A stretch of DNA of 59,260 bases, the filler included, from Catajapyx aquilonaris (Eukaryota), in NCBI GenBank assembly GCA_000934665.2. It is 3 parts of 3 records of this genome, joined end to end, with 100 filler letters (N's around TTAATTAATTAA, not from the genome) between each part and the next. Parts side by side here need not be neighbours in the genome. Positions count along the whole stretch, not along the records: positions 39,570 to 59,260 come from JYFJ02006411.1; 2 more parts are not named here. One strand, given 5' to 3'. The position numbers and the translations under genes are program-made. Below the pieces are notes generated by a model. The model was not told the origin of the DNA. It made no database searches and worked only from the letters and a program-made list of their open reading frames with translations. Shown piece after piece: positions 51,491 to 59,260 of this stretch. How positions within the stretch are numbered: the first letter of the stretch is position 1; every line of letters starts with the position of its first letter.

Positions 51491-51918
51491 CAGGGTGTAT
51501 CAAAACTCTACCATAAGCCATGTACCAATGGCATAAGGGGCACCAGAACATCATTATATGTAGAGGGGTCATCATCTCTAGGCCGCCTCATTACGGAGAT
51601 AATTGCCTTCAAACACGTAGTACAAAGTATCCTGGGATGTATGGAAACCTTCAGCCCCGACATCGCATCACTCGTGAAAATAGCAGCTTTTCCATTTATC
51701 TACTAGCATGTTGCATGTGTACTGCATGTCGCATGGGATCTGTGACCATTTGTGACAATCTGTGACAATCACTCTTAGGCCCAATTGCTAAAACGCAAAT
51801 GATCAATTATCTCAGTAATGAGGCTGCCCAGACATAATGACTCCTCTACATTAATTGATCCCCTGGTGCCCATTAAGCCATTGGCATATGGCTTATGGTG
51901 GAGTTTTGATACACCCTG
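51491..51918. mobile_element. TA-flanked CAGGGTG-terminal MITE
   Basis: cagggtgtatcaaaactctaccataagcca and tggcttatggtggagttttgatacaccctg; TA TSD. Confidence 0.85.
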
Positions 51919-52114
51919 TATAGTCTGAAGCCTGAGATGTGGATAAGGCAATAATTTAGAGGTGTAAAATGCAGTATAGCTGAATTTGAGTATGATTTAC
52001 AATACCATATGATTGTATAAATGGGTGTCCAATATCAATTGGTCATTCTCAGAGTTGTCCTGGGTTGTTATAACTACAAGTAGAGAAGCACCCAAGCTCC
52101 AGACCTAGACGGAC

Positions 52115-52966
52115 GTGCTTGTTGAGCTCCCGACCATGCCAGCCACGCCCCCTCTAATGGTGGACTCCATTCGCCCGCTGCTGACCGATTTGACCAAGGA
52201 ACTGAAGGCTGATCTCAAACACCAACTGCAGACGACGGTGGTGGAACCATTGTCAGCGAAGGTGGATGACCTAACGAACAGGCTGGTTGTCATGGAAGCT
52301 AAAACCGCAGCCTGCGAAAGCCACGTGAGTGATCTTCATACGCAATTACGCGCAATGACGGACAAACTGCGTGACTTGGAAGACCGGTCCCGCCGGAAGA
52401 ACATTACCTTCTACGGAATACCGGAAGCAGCAGGTGAAACTTGGGAGGAAAGTGAGCGGAAGGTGCTAAATGGCATTAAAGAGTTCGGTCTGATTTCCCC
52501 GGAATTTTTTCCACCCCAAGTCGAAAAGGCCCACAGAATGGGCCGCTACTCATCTAACGCGGGTCGACCTCGCCCAATCATAATGGCCTTTAATCACTTC
52601 ATGGACAAAGACACTATAATTAAAAATGGGAAGAGGCTACACAAGGCATCGATAGCTATGGCTGATGACTACAGCGTGGAAACACGGGCCATTCACAGGG
52701 ACCTAATTCCAACCTTGATTGAGATGCGACAGCAGGGAAAGACGGCTCACTTACGACACGACCACATCGTATGCAAGGGTATCAAGTATTCGAGGGGAAG
52801 TGAAGGGGTCTTGGTGAGTGTGGAACCACACCGAAGGGGCTCGGAGCAGCTTCAGCATATGGCCAATACAGAAGAATCAGCCAGCGCCCTCATGGAGAAG
52901 AGGCCCCACTCAGAATCGCCAGCGAAGAAAACCCTCCATCATACACCACAAAACGGATCTCGCTAG
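52115..52966 (+). mobile_element. Non-LTR retrotransposon ORF1 (coiled coil plus L1-ORF1-like RRM), intact 283-codon frame
   Basis: Heptad coiled coil, then LEDRSRRKNITFYGIPE...KAHRMGR...RPRPII...DDYS, typical of ORF1 in L1/L2/CR1-group LINEs. Confidence 0.85.
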
Positions 52967-53019
52967 GAAGTGCCGGGGGTGGAGTTCGAAGTGATTCCGA
53001 TAAGTGATGTAGCCTTAAT

Positions 53020-53265
53020 TTGGAACCTATCCTTACATGTGCACCCTCCAGCAGATGGTTTGGTGCTTGGAATGTGAGGGGCATGAATGCATTTACTGCT
53101 TTACAATCGCTCCAGAGTGCATCTTCTAGTTTGGGTTGTGTGGGGCTTGTGGAAACGTGGGCGACGGAAGTGATTACGGCTTTTCCTCAAGAACTGTTCG
53201 TGACTCAGGTGTGTGCGGAAAAACAGCATAGATTTGGCCGCCCTTCGGGTGGCCTAATTCTGATT
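53020..53265 (+). mobile_element. Non-LTR ORF2 N-terminus (APE endonuclease start), truncated
   Basis: FGAWNVRGM...VGLVETW...GRPSGGLILI are the first conserved motifs of a LINE apurinic-like endonuclease, directly after ORF1. Confidence 0.8.
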
Positions 53266-53266
53266 T

Positions 53267-53793
53267 GTGCGGAAGGCCAAGAGATCTTCTGTAGTAAAAT
53301 CATGCGAAAGCTGCTTCCAGACATTGATTGCTCCTCCTGAAAGAGAGGAAAACAAAAATGAGGACCTCATTCACTGCCGCAGCCATGGCTACCTATTTGT
53401 TCCATCAGAAGAACTTATGGCCATGGTTTTTCGACTAGAGAATGTCATACTGAATGTCATTGATGGAGAGGTTCTTCACATACATATAATATTTGATGGT
53501 TAGTTTCCATTGAGACAGCAAATCTTGTCTATCTCATGCAGACCCACGTACCTTACAAATCATGATCACCTCTTTCCAATGTTGTTTCAGTTGTCAAAGA
53601 GGTCCGCAGAGCAAGTATACCTGCCACAGTGGGCTGCCAGGAACATTAACGGGAAGTAACCATGTGGATACTCAACTTTTATTTGAATACCAGGAGGATC
53701 TTTGCATGCAAGCAAAAGATGAAAGACGTTGCCAACACAAAGCGTAAGGAAAAGCAATTGAAAAAGGAGTCAAGAATGTGTTGCAGTTGCTAG
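53267..53793 (+). pseudogene. C-terminal part of a P-element/THAP9-like transposase with an intron (53499-53590) and an internal stop
   Basis: VRK...CESCFQTL...LIHCRSHGYLFVPSEEL | VGCQEH*REVTMWILNFYLNTR...KEKQLKKESR resembles the CxxC / GxLxxPS / CxxH / FY..R tail of P-superfamily transposases. Confidence 0.65.
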
Positions 53794-54213
53794 TACGGGG
53801 GGTTTGGTGATGATAATGTTATGTTATGTTCATGAGTTATGGTCTCTCAGTCACTTTCAATTTTTCTATGCGGTAATTATTGATTGACATTAACGGGAAG
53901 TAACCATGTGGATACTCAACTTTTATTTGAATATTAGGATGATCTTTGCATGCAAGCAAAAGATGAAAGAAGTTGCCAACACAAAGCACAAGGAAAAGCA
54001 ATTGAAAAAGGAGTCAAGGGGGTCATAGTATTATGCCACTGAATTGTAATTTTTTTGATGCTGCCATAAAAAAATTGCATTGAATTATCAAAGTCAACCA
54101 CCCTAATATAGATTGGATGACCAAAAACAGTTGCAACAAAAATTGAGAAACACAAGTGGTTTATGCACTTATATTTGTGAATATGATGTGGTAATAATCA
54201 CTCTTTCATTAAA

Positions 54214-56235
54214 GGATCAAATTGAACAGTGGAACAGGCGAATTCTGAGAGGAGATAAGGAGCTAACAGTGAAAGATTTTGTTTGCGAAAAGCACTTCCA
54301 GCCCAATGACATCATCAGGAGCTGGGTGAACAAGGGGCCTGATGGGAAAATGGTTGAAATCCCACGGGATAGACCTGTGTTGAGGGAAACAGCTGCTGTC
54401 CCAGAAATTTTCCCCAACACAAAGCCCTGGCTCAGCAAACCAGTGGCAAAGAGGAAGGCACCAACACCAAGAGATGAAGCATCACCACCTCTTTAAAAAA
54501 AAAGGCCGTACAAGGAGAGGGAAGAAGTACCTGATCAACAGCATCAGCAGACAGACAACACAGGGGCATGTGACAAGACACTTGAAGTTCCTCTGCAGGA
54601 CGTACTGGAACAGGTCGTAGCAAGCCCAGGCAAGATCCTCCAGAAGAAACCTATCACTTCAGTGTGTATGAAGACAGGAAGAATATTAAGCTACCTTCTT
54701 CTTTGTGGGCTGTCCATACCGATGAAAAGAATAACAGGGCAATTTTTTGTCACGTGGAAGAACTCAAATTTACAGACAAATGTGTAGTGTTTGAGGCCGT
54801 AAATAATGTCCCAGTCTTTTTTATTTTAGGAGTTGAAGTGTTCCTTCAATATGGTGATATTAATACAAAGAAAAATGCTGAAGACCTTCTGCTGCATGTA
54901 CATGAGATCAGAAAGTGCCCTGGTGCAGCGCCAGGAAAGCATGCTAAGTTCTGCAAGCAGTTCTTGGAAGATCCTGTAGTGAGGAAGGGAAATGTAGCCA
55001 CATCCAAAGCAGTGCGCTCAGTGCGCTGCTGTGCATGCCGCCACTATAGGGAGACTCTTCTCAAGCAGCAGAGGAGAAAGTCAGGGAGAGAGAAACTCAC
55101 ACCGAAAATGACACCACTTGCAAAATGCTCCCAACATAAGAGGCGACTGCAGAAAAAAGTAAAGCACTTACAATTATATGGATGAGATAGCTGATTATTG
55201 TCACTTTGTGATAGTACTATTGTAAAACGTATTCAAAATTTTTTCAGGTGGTACAACTTGAAGCAGACCTAGCTTCCATGACTCTCCAATATAAATCATT
55301 GGATGCCAGAAAAATTGAAGAACTGATTACACACCTGCCACGCAAGCAGCAAGAAGTCATAAAGTCATGCATAAAGGCAGGCAAGGCAAAATCACCCTCA
55401 GATGTATGGTACAATAAAGAGTTGGTGTATGAGTGCATGCTGCTACGCATAAAAAGTCCAAGATTGTACCGTCACCTGAGCGCGAGACAATACCCTGCCT
55501 CTGCCGTCCCAGACAACATTGCAAAGGTACATGACTAGGCTGAGACCAGCATATGGTTTCCAAGAGAATACTTTCGCAATGATGAGGAAGAAGAGTGAAA
55601 GTATGTCAGAAGCTGAGAGACACGGTAAGTGCAACAATATTCCTTTTATGCATGCAAGCATGCAACCCTACTTAAATTTGGGGGCAAGAGGTCGTTGGCT
55701 GGGATGATTTTGTTGTATGCCATGCAAGCAAGCATGCAAGGCAGATGACACATGGAATCACACTTTGGGCGCACAGTGCCGGATTTACCTCCTCGGCCAC
55801 CCCTAGGCAGTGGAGATCCCCCCCAATGCTGCTTAAAAATGCAATTTTTTTTAATTGAGTTATCGCCTTCATTTCATTAATTATTTTATACAAAAATGTA
55901 TATTTCGACTCTTGGCCAAGTTATGGCCCTAGACTGTTCTGCCTAGTGGCAAATCCGGCGCTGGGAACCCCCCGGCGCGCATGTTTCCCCAAGAGACTGC
56001 TGCATTTAATCTGTACCACCCAGATGCATAGCTGAACCAAATTCATAATTAATTTTTGTACACAGGCGCCCTCCTTTTGGATGAAATGAAACTTTCGGAA
56101 GGAATTAGCTTCAACAAAACCTCCCTGACGGTTGACGGTTTCGTCGACCTTGGCAATCATACGCCCCACGGACAACAGAAAGAAATGGGAGATCATGCCC
56201 TTGTTCTGATGTATCAGCCATACAGGGGCATGCAG
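54214..56235 (+). pseudogene. P-element/THAP transposase pseudogene, N-terminal to central part, with introns and frameshifts
   Basis: THAP signature W...VCEKHF...AVPEIFP (54214-54496). Then ECMLLRIKSPRLYRHL / LPLPSQTTLQRY...YGF (55248-55624) and the catalytic LLLDEMKL...DGFVDLG...DHALVLMYQP (56066-56235). GT-AG introns are present; frameshifts at about 54500, 54660 and 55485. Confidence 0.85.
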
Positions 56236-56624
56236 GTAATTGGTTCTGAGCTCCCCCCTTCCTCCCCCCAAGATTTACTCGTAGAATGATAAGAACAGTG
56301 CAGTGCTTTACTGTAATAAAATACTGTTGAATTTTTAAAATGTAACACTTCTACGCTGCACTGCCAATTCTCCGCGCTAATTAATGCACTGGTGTGCCCA
56401 GAAAACACCTCAAATCTGAAAATGGTCCTAGACACTGCAAAAATGAACAATTCAAAGGTTTTTAATGAACTACTGTACATACTGTATGAAGCTTTAAATA
56501 AGGTGTAATCAAATAATATAACGTAAAATAGGTTGTCTTTTGGAAAAAGTCTATTATATTTGTTTGCAAGGCAAAATATTATTTCTGACTTTCATTTCTA
56601 ACCTTTTTGGCAATGCACAAATAA

Positions 56625-56914
56625 CACAGGCAACAACAAAAAAAAAATCGGCGTGTTACTCGGAAACCACTATGTATATACACCATGTTAGTAGAACCCA
56701 AAGTAGCTGGGGAACGCCCGGGATTTCTCTCCCAAAATGTGCAGGTGGTCAGGGTGACCAAAAATCCGAAAAATTCAAAATATTGACGGTTTTTGACCTA
56801 TTTCCAGGTCTGGCAACCACTGTAAGTTTCGGATTTTTGGTCACCCTGACCCCCTGCACATTTTGGGAGAGAAATCCCGGGCGTTTCCCAGCTACTTTGG
56901 GTTCTACTAACATG
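56625..56914. mobile_element. CACAG-terminal palindromic MITE; second copy at about 59074-59260
   Basis: Arms of about 88 bp at 56684-56771 and 56826-56914; a near-identical sequence recurs at the window end. Confidence 0.75.
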
Positions 56915-57451
56915 ATTTATAATGTAATATTATGGAAAACATTTTGTCATTTTTTGTTCTTTTTATTCATGTCCTGAACTTTCTGCTGCTGATTTTCTTG
57001 GATTCTTTTTTGGATGCCCATCATTTCAAATTGTACAGTACCGGTACCCTAAAAGGACACTGGTCAAAGCTTTAATTAAGAACCATGGACTGTCTTTGTG
57101 ACAAGTTGATGCTGTCACAAAGTCGCCCCGCAAAAGTATGAAATTCATCTAACAGCTAACACCCTCGTATCTTCTACGAATCAAGTTCAACCTTGCATCA
57201 TGTTATATCATTTCGTAACCAATGAATTTGTCTCAACCAGCAAGTAGAATTTTCGGCGAGGAGGAGAAAGCGAGGTGGGGAGGTATCCCTCTCGACATGG
57301 GTCCTCTTGGTGTGGTTGGGATGGGTCCACCCCACCGTCCTCCAGAGTCTTATTCACATTACCATCCAAATTCGCGCTAACAGAAACAAACTCAGAAATA
57401 ACTGCTATATGACACTGTTACACTTTTGTCTGCTCACTGCTGCGCTAATAA

Positions 57452-57871
57452 CAGTGTTACCAGATGTAACATAATTCCTGGTATTCCTGTGGTATTCATA
57501 CCATTATTTCCAAAGAATGATTATTTCGGGTCCCGTACCATATACTATTATGGTACGCAAAAAGTACCATTTTTGTCAAGTCCAATGATATTCTGTAATT
57601 CCACTTCCATGAAAAAAGTGCTACCAATTTAACTAAATATACACCCAGGCTCCCAGTAGGTTACCCGCCAGTACTTTACTACTTTCCCCGGTTTCGACTA
57701 CGTTAACATGTTTAACTTTTTAATTATGGCAATTTAAATTAAATTTGTCTGTAATTAGCATTAAATATGCCATTTTTGAAATGTACCATCTTTTTTGGAA
57801 AGTACCATTAATTTCGAGGGTTGGTACCACGGTTGGTACCATTAACTCGATCTCATGATCTGGTAACTCTG
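57452..57871. mobile_element. MITE with cagtgttaccagat / atctggtaactctg ends
   Basis: 14-bp imperfect TIR and repeated gtacca motifs; no clear TSD. Confidence 0.5.
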
Positions 57872-58305
57872 AGCCATGCAGCTCTCCTCGTCCCTGGCCA
57901 TGCCGTTGTCGTGTGGCTGTCGCAGTGTCGCTGTCCTGCAGCGGTGATCAAGCTGCTGTGATGGTGTGTTGAGTTTTCTGTTTCCAGAATCTCAACGTGC
58001 CTTTTTTTGAGGGCTGCATTGGCTGGTCTGCATGTGTCGACGCAGCGTACGTGAGGTGAAGTCTTTGTCTTGCACTCTTCCCATGGAAGATGCAATTTTT
58101 CTCTAACACAGGGACAGCCCCTGTCAATTTCAGGTTTTTGTATTGCACATATTTTCAACTCTTTAGATGCAGCTTGGTCCCATTTATTCAGAACAATCTG
58201 TACTTGACTATACATGTAAATTACATGCATTTAATGGTAGCAAATGTTACCCGAGTAATAGTACAACTTTGTTTTACAGTTAATGCACTGCGCGCATTGA
58301 TTAAC

Positions 58306-58935
58306 ATGGATACCCAATATTGCGATAGGAGCTTTCCGTTGGCTGGTGCAGGAGATTGCGCTGATGAGATCCCAGATCATTCAGCAGAAGTTGCACCTGA
58401 CATTGGGAGTAAAGGCCCATTCTTAAATATGGATTGTTTGATGGCAATTTTTGCTTATCTGGACCTCAAGGAGTGGATGGTTGTTGAGCAAGGTGATTTT
58501 TTTTTTTTTTACCTAATTAATTTCTATACATTTTATTGCTACACATTTCTGGCATCTCATTATCACTGACATTGCAGTGTGCAAGAATTGGCAGATAGCA
58601 GTGAGGAAGCTGTGGTTATCGAAGGCAGAGTTGCGGCTGGATACTATTTTTCGGACGTTCCAGGGACCATATTTCACACCTGAACGATTCTTGTATGTGG
58701 CTAAGAAATGCAGCACTCAGCTCACCTCATTGAAGATGATTTGGGGAGAAATCACTCTTTCTTGTGCAAAGGCCGTAGGAAAGAATTTTCACAACCTGCA
58801 AACTCTGGACCTGGGCAGTTCAAGTATTAGCAGCAAGTGTCTGACAGTCTTGGCCAAGTACTGCCCTGACCTGCGCCATGTGTCTCTTCATCGATACCAC
58901 ATTGGAGAGAAGGGCCTCCGTCGCCTAATAAAAAG
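58306..58935 (+). CDS. F-box/leucine-rich-repeat protein, partial (exons 58306-58492 and 58578-58935; continues beyond the window, 5' end uncertain)
   Basis: Splicing G|TG joins LNMDCLMAIFAYLDLKEWMVVEQ to VCKNWQIAV, an F-box motif. LRR-like units follow (LTSLKM, NLQTLDLGSSSIS, CPDLRHVSL). An acceptor at 58279 suggests a possible upstream exon. Confidence 0.8.
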
Positions 58936-59260
58936 GTGAAGCCACCAAGATCTGCTTCTGTGTGCTTGATAATACAAGGAACCCCCATTATCTGCAATTT
59001 GCAAATATTAAATCACTATTAAATTCACTGGGCTCCTGGTTATCTATGAACAAATTCTCAGTGTTGCAGATTACACAGCGCAACAAAAAAAAAAATCGGC
59101 GTGTTACTCGGAAACCACTATGTACATCATGTTAGTAGAACCCAAAGTAGCTGGGAAACGCCCGGGATTTCTCTCCCAAAATGTGCAGGGGGTCAGGGTG
59201 ACCAAAAATCCGAAACTTACAGTGGTTGCCAGACCTGGAAATAGGTCAAAAACCGTCAAT

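Overview
Eukaryotic, most likely arthropod, AT-rich genomic DNA. It comes in three blocks joined by two identical artificial 100-nt spacers (N44-TTAATTAATTAA-N44 at 19697-19796 and 39470-39569), so adjacency across the spacers is unproven. Three host genes are supported. (1) The 5' part of a MICAL gene lies on the minus strand: 7 coding exons (33509->20863) give 406 codons of the FAD-dependent monooxygenase domain, and no later exon was found past the first gap. (2) A complete 5-exon Rheb gene lies on the plus strand (42709-45611, 182 aa, CaaX CAVS). (3) Two exons of an F-box/LRR gene run off the right end. The rest is mostly transposable-element sequence. It includes many MITE/foldback elements with TA, TTAA, 4-bp or 8-bp target-site duplications (TSDs), often nested, and two mariner remnants. 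It also holds a non-LTR ORF1+endonuclease 5' fragment joined to an intron-containing, rearranged P-element/THAP transposase pseudogene. The most interesting signals are a modular set of tRNA-derived SINEs (different heads and bodies, one with a V-domain-like core, a shared CCCC...GGGGTA 3' tail) and recurrent TA-GGCC-TA and TA-CAG-TA motifs that look like excision footprints. No prokaryotic-type system (CRISPR, operon) is present.
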